Positions 31,524-40,060 of a stretch of DNA of 58,514 nt are shown here, in pieces. The stretch is from NCBI GenBank assembly GCA_046728625.1, contig JBKPEX010000298.1:1-58514 (forward strand), written 5' to 3'. The notes under the pieces are model-generated. The model was given only the letters and a program-made list of their open reading frames with translations, did not search any database and had not been told where the DNA came from. The position numbers and the translations under genes were made by a program. Numbering within the stretch: position 1 is the stretch's first letter; every line of letters begins with the position of its first letter. Origin of the DNA: Thermoproteota archaeon (GTDB lineage: Archaea; Thermoproteota; Nitrososphaeria; Nitrososphaerales; Nitrososphaeraceae).

Positions 31524-32420
31524 AGACTGGATAAGAATGTGTATTCTCTTAATCATCTGCAATCCTATGTAGCGGAATGATTTTCTTGTATTATAATGCC
31601 GTTACAGCCGTAGATTCTTCACTTTAACTGATATTTCTTGATTTTAAAATTATTTCTTTAATTCTTATACACATATCACAATGCAGAGGGCAGCTGTTAT
31701 GAATACATACATTTTTTGAATTATTACAAGCGAAACACCATAACTCTCTATTTGATAAGGCCGGAGCGTCTACCATAATCTGACCATTATACTATCCTGA
31801 CCAGTCTAATAATGGTTATCAAACTGCCAAACAGAACATAGTGCAGCGTGCTTTTAATATAACATAACTACAATTTCTTAAATATGCTTAAAGATCAGCG
31901 ATTCAGGCTGTTGATATAATCTAGTCAACATCACATGCATATGTCATACCAATAACTTTAGGGTGCTTTTCATGCGAAGATAATCCTCTGGCTTAATCAA
32001 ATTGAAAGGGTGCTGAAGGCAACCGAAATCCCTTCAGCTAAAAAATGTCTAAGTGTGAATCTATCGTAATCCTCTATCTTACTGCTTGTTGGCTCGAGTA
32101 TGAAGTAAATGGATGCAAATTTGCGCATACTTGGGAAATCTCAATATAAAGGGTTCAGTAGTACTTCAACATTGTCTCCCATACATGGAAATAATAATGA
32201 ATGTTCTATTGTCACTTATGGTATCGACTCCGTATTCTATGTGATTGAAGTGTAGCAAATTCCTAACTACATAGTTGTGAAAAGCAACGGGGTCTTTACT
32301 CCAGTCTGGCGTACTAATTTTGTTCTCGAATTAACCTGACGCATAATGCAATAGTAAACGTTTAACAAAAATCTTTTATCACCTATGCAATATGTTTTCT
32401 AGACAAGAAAGGGAGATTAA

Positions 32421-32915
32421 ATGACTATTGCTACGCCAGCTGGACTGAAAAAGCACTTGGTTAGTATAGCCGGAAGGTTATGCGAGGTGCTTCTTCCAAT
32501 CAAAGATCAATATTATATTGGCAATGGAAACACTATTGCTATTTGTACTTTGGGGAGTCTACACCTTCTTCAAACTATAGCGGATGATGCCTATATAATG
32601 AATAGAATTCTGATAGTTGGAAGATTGCTGTCTGAAAATAGGGGAATAGATATGTTGATTAACTTTGCACTAAAGAATCAGAATTTGCGATACATAATTG
32701 TATGTGGCAAAGAAGTAAAAGGACATAAATCAGGTCAAGCGTTATTATCTCTTCATAAAAATGGAGTGCAAAGCAACGGTAAAATTATTGGAGCTTATGC
32801 TCCTAGTCCATTCCTACTCTCTACACTAAGGGATATTGACTCATTTAGACTGCAGACCAAAATTTGTAACTTAATCGGTATTGAGGATCCGCAAATAATA
32901 AAAGCTCATCTCTAG
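32421..32915 (+). CDS. MtrA-like (tetrahydromethanopterin S-methyltransferase subunit A-type, corrinoid-binding fold) soluble protein
   Basis: YYIGNGNTIAICTLGS, GRLLSENRGID, LRYIIVCGKEVKGHKSGQALLSLHKNG and GKIIGA line up by eye with the cobamide-binding domain of methanogen MtrA. This includes the His of the EVxGH segment. No C-terminal TM helix. Confidence 0.7.
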   Translation: MTIATPAGLKKHLVSIAGRLCEVLLPIKDQYYIGNGNTIAICTLGSLHLLQTIADDAYIMNRILIVGRLLSENRGIDMLINFALKNQNLRYIIVCGKEVKGHKSGQALLSLHKNGVQSNGKIIGAYAPSPFLLSTLRDIDSFRLQTKICNLIGIEDPQIIKAHL

Positions 32916-32929
32916 TTCATAAGCAAGTA

Positions 32930-32949
32930 ATAGTAAGAAGACTTACTAT
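32930..32949 (+). terminator. perfect 8-bp hairpin 15 nt after the MtrA-like stop codon
   Basis: atagtaag (32930-32937), aaga loop, cttactat (32942-32949). The function is inferred from position only. Confidence 0.3.
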
Positions 32950-33435
32950 ATCTATGTATAAAGTTACAGTTAGATACCAGAAGTTATGTTATATCAAATG
33001 ACATTAGTACTTTCTATTGGTCATACTGACGACTAAAAAATTTATACTCCATAACTGATAGACGCCTTTTGATGCTTTAAAGCTCTTCCAAGAAATCATC
33101 TGGCATATCAAATATAAAACTATTTTATGTAAGGAATCCTATACTAAATCCTGTATTCAGATTATTCTTTTTTAGTGTGCGAGGTAAAAGAATACTCAAA
33201 ATAATTTTCACTTACAGCCCATCAATTTTAGACCAGAATCATCATAATTAAAGTAACATCTCAAAAATCATTACAATTTATAATTACCATATTTGAATTA
33301 ACTATTGTAATTGTAATCAAGATAACGAGGTTCGCTATCTACCAAATCCAATCAACGAGGACTTTTCTTAAATCATGCTACCCTACTATTATTACTATTA
33401 TTACTTGATGTCTTATGTTACTGCAATGGCATCAT

Positions 33436-33543
33436 TTAACTGTCGTCATCCAGATCTTCATCATCCTCTGCTTCGTCTTCTTCTTCATCTTCTAGACTAT
33501 GAATTTCATCCTTATTTTCTTCTCTGTCGGGTTGGCTATTCAT
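33436..33543 (-). CDS. candidate 35-aa highly acidic mini-protein (leaderless geometry)
   Basis: The minus-strand ATG at 33543 translates to MNSQPDREENKDEIHSLEDEEEDEAEDDEDLDDDS, then stop. A TATA-like tatataaatt (33566-33575) is centred ~27 nt upstream of the ATG. The ORF is too short for the track and has no homology support. Confidence 0.25.
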   Translation of the reverse strand: MNSQPDREENKDEIHSLEDEEEDEAEDDEDLDDDS

Positions 33544-33820
33544 AATCAATACTCATACTCCTGTCTATATAAATTAGATACCGAAATACAAAACTTGCGC
33601 TCGCATTCGGGCACAAGGAACCATTACCTTAGCTCGAAAATGTTGTAGCCTACATAGCTGGATAAGAATATAGTCAATACATATCTCTAAGTAAATCTTG
33701 CGACTTACAATTCCGTTTTAAACGAGATAGCTATCTATCGTTGGTATACAATATACATTTGTTGTTATCCTGTGTTAATAGTTAATAGTACATTGCTGAA
33801 TATTTGTCACTTACCGTGTC

Positions 33821-34201
33821 CTATACCGCATTGATATTAGCGGTTATCTTGAGTATGCTTTCAATTATTTCATAATAACGAACTTCATCCTTCTGTATAG
33901 AGACTCGTAGTATATGATGATTATCTAACGGAAACGATGCAAGCATTACTTTCTCTCTTACTGAAAAGCTGTAAATGGTCCTACCAAACTCTTCGTCAAA
34001 TTCCTCTCGCATCATACTTCTTAAAGCAAATTCTACATACAATTTTTGAGAATCCACCGTGGATTCCATGGATTTTACACCTTGTCTCATTCCTCCTGCT
34101 ACTAATTTTCCCATTTTATCAATAACTGAGGCAGAGCGGATATTTTGACTAAGAATGATTACATCATTACAGATCTTTTCGAACTCGTGACCCTCTGACA
34201 T
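33821..34201 (-). CDS. hypothetical small protein, Roadblock/LC7-like pattern (paralog of 55199..55714)
   Basis: 126-aa ORF. The segment IRSASVIDKMGKLVAGGMRQG...KLYVEFALRSMMREEFDEEFG...SFSVREKVMLASFPLDNHHILRVS aligns by eye with IRFAGIMDKSGYLYAGGIREG...SAYIVGLRKIFSSELG...VYNYDKVKLFSLPVGENILVFS of the 55199 ORF. Confidence 0.6.
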   Translation of the reverse strand: MSEGHEFEKICNDVIILSQNIRSASVIDKMGKLVAGGMRQGVKSMESTVDSQKLYVEFALRSMMREEFDEEFGRTIYSFSVREKVMLASFPLDNHHILRVSIQKDEVRYYEIIESILKITANINAV

Positions 34202-34604
34202 ATCGGTGTGCAGTGGTATGTTACTCTAAAGCCTAGTCATATATGTATCGAAATCCATTATCGGCTTTAAAGAGCTTTCTTATATTAATGTAAGCGATTG
34301 AAAACATCTGCTGTAGTAGTATATTCCACTTACAATCATGTGATTATCTGTTGCTGTTTCTTTCCTTCCGAATTCTATGATCACTAGATTGGCCATCAGC
34401 AACTGATGTAAATCAAACCTAATAGTTAAAAACCTCGCAATTGGTCTGAATGTTTGGGACAGGTTGGCAGTTAAAATTGACTTGTTGATTATCTTTGATG
34501 ACATCCTTGAAAGCTTTTTCATGCTAAAAAATAGCAAATTTTATCATCAGGAACCAACACTATTGTAAGCTGTGTTATTTGAAATTCTTGCAATCTGGGG
34601 ATGT

Positions 34605-34904
34605 ATGCCTGAACTAAGCAAAGAGTGTATGGACATGACAAATGCCTCGAGTACCTACCTGAGCATTGCTTTAGGAGCGATAATTGGTGCAGTAATAAGT
34701 TGGTGGATCTACAACATGCAAAAGAAAACATCTGTTAAGCAGGATGAGACTCTGAGACGTATCAATGACGTGGAGCAAAGTCATGACAGGTTATTGAAAT
34801 CAATACAGCAATTCCAAGGACATCAGGAAAAGCTTCTGAGCGAGATACTTAACTTGGACCAAAAGATTGATTCTATAATTGAAATGGACCGACCGACTGG
34901 GTAA
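34605..34904 (+). CDS. hypothetical single-pass membrane protein with coiled-coil tail
   Basis: TM helix YLSIALGAIIGAVISWWIY followed by a charged heptad-like segment. The start is uncertain (34572, 34605 or 34629). Confidence 0.4.
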   Translation: MPELSKECMDMTNASSTYLSIALGAIIGAVISWWIYNMQKKTSVKQDETLRRINDVEQSHDRLLKSIQQFQGHQEKLLSEILNLDQKIDSIIEMDRPTG

Positions 34905-35211
34905 GAATCAGCTCCTGATAGACAATTAATATTAGCTAGATATGTCAGCACTGATTCATTAGTGATACAAGCTCAACGATCTCTAGGATTATTATTGAAA
35001 AAGGCCACTCAGTTATTGATTACTGGTTCATTTGGATTATTGCATAAGCTATAGTAATTATTATGGCGTTTGTCAAGCTGTTATATTGAGGAGAAAGGTG
35101 TCAAAAAGTCTGTTGAACAAAGCATCTAATGAACGCGAAACAACTTAAGTGCTCGTGTTTTGACAGACAGGTATCTGATTTCTTTTTATATTTATCCTAA
35201 TATCGAATTTG

Positions 35212-35284
35212 CCTGGTGTATGGACTTAAGTCGTCATTCCATTGTACGCAATGGTCAGTTTGCCCATCAACGCCATACACCGGC
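35212..35284. other. nested inverted-repeat element (structured RNA candidate) immediately 3' of the AcnX small-subunit gene
   Basis: The outer stem is ggtgtatgg (35215-35223) with ccatacacc (35273-35281), extendable by a G-U pair and a G-C pair. The inner stem is ccattg (35239-35244) with caatgg (35249-35254) around a 4-nt loop. Two 15-18-nt unpaired strands lie between the stems. Confidence 0.3.
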
Positions 35285-35315
35285 GAAATACTTGCAAGCA
35301 TATCACTTAAATTGT

Positions 35316-35717
35316 TTATGAAGCAGTTATGACACCCTCGTCTGCATTTACCATTATGTAAGAGCCTGCTTTGACTAAGGAAACCATATGTGGCTCAATC
35401 AATTCTACAACCGGAATATTTGAGATTGCACATCCAGAGGCAGTAGTTATGTCTGTTTTCTTGCTACAGATCATCGACAAAGGTGCTACTCCATTCAATC
35501 TTAAAGAATAAATAGAATATGCACCAACGCTACTTCCAATTGCATTTGGAAAAATCAAGATGACATTTTTAATTGATTCACCAAACAACTCATGAAATTG
35601 ATCATGAATTACTCCTCTGTTGGTATCTATCATAGTAAGAAAATTGATAGGCTGATTTGTAACAAGCGCTCTGCCTATTCCTACTCCTCCAACAATCCTA
35701 CGGCAGTTGATCCTCAA
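35316..35717 (-). CDS. aconitase X swivel-domain subunit (DUF126; phosphomevalonate dehydratase small-subunit type)
   Basis: GIGRALVTNQPINFL..., ILIFPNAIGSSVGAYSIY and APLSMI match the AcnX small-subunit pattern. It lies 6 nt downstream of the large subunit. Confidence 0.8.
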   Translation of the reverse strand: MRINCRRIVGGVGIGRALVTNQPINFLTMIDTNRGVIHDQFHELFGESIKNVILIFPNAIGSSVGAYSIYSLRLNGVAPLSMICSKKTDITTASGCAISNIPVVELIEPHMVSLVKAGSYIMVNADEGVITAS

Positions 35718-35723
35718 CCTTGC

Positions 35724-36893
35724 TCACCTTGCCTCAGTATAATCAACCATAATATTCTCCAGATCCTTAAGGGCAACTGTTAATTTGTTTGAGCGATTAA
35801 GATAATATGCCGCCTTTACACTATTTGTTATGACGGAATCAGCATTTTCTTTTGTAATTAGTGGAGTAAGACATATGCAAGAATCACAAATAAATTCGGC
35901 CCCTGCTTTTTCTATCTTTTTTGTTATACCGTTCATAGTGGCTTGAACATTTATTGATCGAGGACAGAAAATCATACAACGTTTTGTGAATTTTTTATGT
36001 TCTACTAACTGGCTAATCAAATTCAATTCGTTCATTCCAAGTTGAGGGCTCCCGAACGCTATTATGTCTCCATCTTCAGAAGTATTTAGCTCGTCCTTAA
36101 TGGTACTGATCTCCTCGTTTCCACAAGAGATAACCTCTTTGCAACTAGAATTTTTGCTCATAGTGAACATTCCACATGAACCAGACGTACCCATTCCTGC
36201 ACACAGTGCTTTTGATTTAATTAGACTGGGGCTTCCATTCGATCCTTCAAATGCAACACAACTTTCACTCACCACTTTCCCGGCGAAATAACCTAGCAAT
36301 CCATAATCGAGTTCCGTTGATAAATCGAAGTCGGGTTTAATGGCGATTTTTGGATGCCTAAAAGAATCCATTCTAAGGTCAGAATATGGTGTCTTGCCAA
36401 TTACTGAGCTAGCCAATGCGCTTAATGCACTTTCCTTATTTGTTAAAAGACCCAATAAAGAGTTTGAAAAAACAGCTGCATTACTCTCTGAAAAGCTTAT
36501 GAAAGTTCCTTTCGGCGGAATATCAAATATTTCATAGGGTATGCATGTAAATGAAGGAATAGCCCCTATTCGCTCATATGATTTCACTATTGCCATCTGC
36601 TTAAGTTTAAATCTCTCATCATGCAGGTCTTGAATTCTTCTTCGATCGAAACCCATTGGATTTATAGTAGTTTTTACTGATGTCCTTGCGTCATTACTAA
36701 ATTCTTCAAGGAATCTGACCCCTGCATCACCAATAGTATTATAATTAACGCCAGAAACGTGAGCCCATTCTATGGGAACGAGTTTTTCTGCGTCGGTGGC
36801 CTCACCTATAGCCAGTAGAATTCTATAAGCCAACGCAATTGTCTCGCCTGATTCACCTTTGATGGCTTTTTCCTCATCTTTGGTCAGATACAT
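35724..36893 (-). CDS. aconitase X catalytic-domain subunit (DUF521; phosphomevalonate dehydratase large-subunit type)
   Basis: MYLTKDEEKAIKGESGE...AHVSGVNY..., conserved Cys-containing segments (FTCIPY, SGSCG, CDSCICL). 389 aa. Confidence 0.85.
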   Translation of the reverse strand: MYLTKDEEKAIKGESGETIALAYRILLAIGEATDAEKLVPIEWAHVSGVNYNTIGDAGVRFLEEFSNDARTSVKTTINPMGFDRRRIQDLHDERFKLKQMAIVKSYERIGAIPSFTCIPYEIFDIPPKGTFISFSESNAAVFSNSLLGLLTNKESALSALASSVIGKTPYSDLRMDSFRHPKIAIKPDFDLSTELDYGLLGYFAGKVVSESCVAFEGSNGSPSLIKSKALCAGMGTSGSCGMFTMSKNSSCKEVISCGNEEISTIKDELNTSEDGDIIAFGSPQLGMNELNLISQLVEHKKFTKRCMIFCPRSINVQATMNGITKKIEKAGAEFICDSCICLTPLITKENADSVITNSVKAAYYLNRSNKLTVALKDLENIMVDYTEAR

Positions 36894-37085
36894 TAATTAT
36901 TAAAATTGAGAAAATGGGCTCCTAATTTAATGTTTAAACCTAAACATACTTGGAACAAATATTCTTCACGTCGTTAAAAAGACCGTGTTACAAGATTACA
37001 TTACGTTATATGCCAAACTTGGGAGGATGAAATTGGGATTCTGAACACGGGTATTACATCCGTAATCTACCGTAGCCTTGACATT

Positions 37086-37433
37086 CTATTTCGTTGAATT
37101 AAGGCCTTTTTCAGCTCTCGAACTATCTCTTATCTTATAATATTGTGCTATTTTTCCATTGTGACAGGCATCTATTTGCTGAATACCTCTATTACAAAGT
37201 TGGTCTATTATCTTGAATTGGGAGTCGCATTCATCTTTGCCATTGGGTAGCGATCCTAGACAAAAATTAATTACATTATTAATTTGGGTATTGAGCTGTC
37301 CTATAGTAATCTGCTTTTGATTGTTATTGCCGTTGGTTGTGTTAGAACGGCTAAATACCGAGATTGCAGTGGCCAAGACCGATGATGCAAGAACAGCCAT
37401 AAAAACAATAGCCAAGACCTTTTTACCTGACAT
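37086..37433 (-). CDS. hypothetical secreted/membrane-anchored four-Cys protein
   Basis: N-terminal signal/anchor KKVLAIVFMAVLASSVLATAISVF, an N/Q-rich linker, then four Cys residues (C58, C69, C80, C90 of the 115-aa ORF). Confidence 0.5.
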   Translation of the reverse strand: MSGKKVLAIVFMAVLASSVLATAISVFSRSNTTNGNNNQKQITIGQLNTQINNVINFCLGSLPNGKDECDSQFKIIDQLCNRGIQQIDACHNGKIAQYYKIRDSSRAEKGLNSTK

Positions 37434-37784
37434 TAGCAGAATTGTCCTCCAGTTCGCTATTTAGATTTTTTCTTCTGATTACTGAATTTTTCATAGTTCA
37501 AATTCATGAGCCAAACACGGATTAGGAATTAGTCAAGTAAAGAACAGATTGATTTATGGTATGCTAATTTTCATTGATATCAATCTTGAGTCTATTACAA
37601 AATAAGCCTGCTGAGTATGTGATATGAGATATTTCTGTAAAGTCTGACATATTTAAGAGCACTTTCATATACTGTTATATTAAAAATAAAACTTTGATAT
37701 TGTTATGTTGTACAATTTATTTAGCTGGTTTCTTTAAATTAGCTTGCACTCAGAGTTATTGAATGGAGAGATACGTATTTCCAT

Positions 37785-37931
37785 ATGGAATACAGCAGCA
37801 AGGATCGTCAGGATATAACAATTAGAGTGCTTTTCTGTGAAACACATAACAAAAGATGTAATTTCTTACAAGGGATTTCCAAGTGCCCTTGTTGTAGCAG
37901 GAAGATGTGTCTCTGTAACTATATTCTATAA
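37785..37931 (+). CDS. candidate 48-aa Cys-rich mini-protein
   Basis: MEYSSKDRQDITIRVLFCETHNKRCNFLQGISKCPCCSRKMCLCNYIL has 7 Cys and 1 His in 48 aa. It is the only coherent ORF in a 620-bp gap. tttaaatta at 37733-37741 is a possible TATA. No homology support. Confidence 0.2.
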   Translation: MEYSSKDRQDITIRVLFCETHNKRCNFLQGISKCPCCSRKMCLCNYIL

Positions 37932-38053
37932 AGTGGATGTAATGACAGATTTTTGATTGCATTTGCAAACACTAGTTAAAAGTAGCTACAACAGCTCGAT
38001 ATCTACATTAATGCGTTAACAGAAGGGCTGTAAAGATTAAAAAATCACGTGCA

Positions 38054-38710
38054 CTACTTTTTTTCATTTTCGTCTAATTTGTCCTGAATAAGGGCCCACG
38101 GAAACCATCTACCAATCAGTTTGGCCCAATCTATCTTTAAGGATAGATATACGATGACAGCAAGGATTACAATACTGGTAATCGCTCCAATAATAGCATA
38201 TGTTGGATCGATTTTTCTAGAAGTTAGATCTTCTACAAACGGTCTTCCCAAATATGCTGTGCTCCACACTATAATTTCGTTTAATGCAAACTTACCAAGA
38301 AAAGTTGCTGTTGCAAACTTCCATGGGCTGTATTTTGCTAGACCTAAGGGAATATATACTAAATCATCTGGTATAGGTGTCAAAGCAGCAATAAACGCAC
38401 CAAGCCAGCCATATTTGCTCAAAAGGTTTTGTAGAGGTAGCATTCTCTTCCTAGTCTTGTCACTTAAAACCTTGCGACCGTAATAGCTAGCGTAAAATAT
38501 TATCATTTTTGCGGTCACAGCCCCGGTTGCACTGGAAATAGAAATTACATTAGGATCCAAATGCTTATCGAGTGCGCTTGTTATCAGGATCGGAAAATAG
38601 GGAACAGGCACAAAAACAATAATGCTGCCTAAAAAACTGATAATCAAGACACCAAAGTAACCAAGGTTATTAAATAAAGAGAACACTTCATTAATATCCA
38701 TAAAATGCAC
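38054..38710 (-). CDS. DedA/VTT (SNARE-associated) family membrane protein
   Basis: YFGVLIISFLGSIIVFVPVPYFPIL..., multiple TM helices and 218 aa; the overall pattern is typical of the DedA family. Confidence 0.75.
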   Translation of the reverse strand: MHFMDINEVFSLFNNLGYFGVLIISFLGSIIVFVPVPYFPILITSALDKHLDPNVISISSATGAVTAKMIIFYASYYGRKVLSDKTRKRMLPLQNLLSKYGWLGAFIAALTPIPDDLVYIPLGLAKYSPWKFATATFLGKFALNEIIVWSTAYLGRPFVEDLTSRKIDPTYAIIGAITSIVILAVIVYLSLKIDWAKLIGRWFPWALIQDKLDENEKK

Positions 38711-38884
38711 TAACTCGACGTTTTCACATATACTTAGGTGTTATTAATAAGTATGATACTTTATAATCTACACAAATGCAGAATCTTGTTAGATCTGTAT
38801 TAATGTAGACGCTTTTATAGTCTTCGTAACTTCAAATTTGAATAGATGATCAAAATCACCTCCTATGTTGTATGTTTTGGAAGT

Positions 38885-39115
38885 TTAGATAGATGGCGAC
38901 AATATGCTGATCACCATAATGCTGTCTATAGCCATGTTGTTACTACCATTACTTTTTTTTGCCTTGAAGCTTTCTGGCGTAGGTATTGGAATCACTGTTC
39001 TAGAAGGAGAGAATATTATTATTAAACTCATGATTATAACCAGTGCGACCGCAATGATGATATAGAACTTTTTGTCCATAGATTTATACCTCATACAAAA
39101 TTGGGCTCCTCCCAA
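38885..39115 (-). CDS. hypothetical small single-pass membrane protein
   Basis: TM helix FYIIIAVALVIIMSLIIIF. The start is uncertain (internal Met at 39094 or 39079). Confidence 0.35.
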   Translation of the reverse strand: MGGAQFCMRYKSMDKKFYIIIAVALVIIMSLIIIFSPSRTVIPIPTPESFKAKKSNGSNNMAIDSIMVISILSPSI

Positions 39116-39491
39116 TATATAGATAATATACAGAATTAACTTACTTTCATGCAGATGATCATGTCGTTTAACTCTAGCCTCTCTGTAATGTATCTATACA
39201 CCTTGCATAACACAGAATAATTTAGATGATCAAAGATTATTTCAACATGATTGAAAGAACTTAATTCTGTGAATCGGGATTTGAATAATTTAAGATTGTG
39301 GGTCTTGTTCTTTTAAAGTCAGAGAGTGACCAGAGCAGTCATATCGGATCTCAATAATCCCTGGATGGCGAGATTATATTAGGAAAATTCCTAGGGATAA
39401 TTTCTCCCAATTGGCTAATTGTTTGTAATACCAAAAAAATGAATTATCGTAGCACACATACTTCCTCTAAGGGGACGTTGGCATAGGATCA

Positions 39492-39818
39492 ATGATTATA
39501 TTCTTTGTGGAACATTACGATATCAAGGGTGCAGAGAGTGTGCAACTACCTATAGATGAATGTGAAGAGTGGATATGGGATACATTAGATTGTACAAAAG
39601 ATTGTAGTTTTGAATATATAAAAGCCCCGGACAAAGAATTCTTAATATTTAATACAGAAGACTGTTTCGTCGATGCAAAAGCATTAGAAAAAATTAAAAC
39701 CACTACTGGAATGGTATTAGTACAACTAAGCACACATAACGGATACACACAATTATGGTTCGGCCGATCTGTTGCAACAAAGACAAATATCAACATGGAT
39801 AATTTGAAGCTTATTTGA
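39492..39818 (+). CDS. hypothetical protein
   Basis: 108-aa ORF, acidic and Cys-containing N-terminal half. No family recognised. An antisense ORF of similar length makes even the strand call tentative. Confidence 0.35.
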   Translation: MIIFFVEHYDIKGAESVQLPIDECEEWIWDTLDCTKDCSFEYIKAPDKEFLIFNTEDCFVDAKALEKIKTTTGMVLVQLSTHNGYTQLWFGRSVATKTNINMDNLKLI

Positions 39819-40060
39819 TAAATGCCTATCAACACCTGTGAGGTAATAGAATTTATCGACTCCTGTGTTGTTGGATTGCATGATCCGACAAAATAAGTTG
39901 AATTTTTAAAATTCTATATTGTATGAAGATCTTTATTGGGAATAAATCTAATAACTGCCATTTTCTAGTATGCCTCACGTTCTTTTTGAAAATTCGCCTG
40001 ATGACGTAAGGTATTATATTACTTCATTATCGATGTATATTTAAGATTACAAATCTGAAG

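Noticed and set aside
34280-34731. Minus-strand ORFs 34280..34537 and 34519..34731.
   Set aside because: They have no motifs, overlap each other and the more protein-like plus-strand TM/coiled-coil ORF, and sit in the promoter region of the 33821..34201 gene.
39981-40060. A second box C/D-like string: CUGAUGA (39988-39994) ... CUGA (40054-40057).
   Set aside because: There is no terminal stem flanking the boxes and no internal D'/C' boxes. A 50-nt spacer has no 12-nt guide geometry. It is probably a chance occurrence next to the 40061-40082 palindrome.
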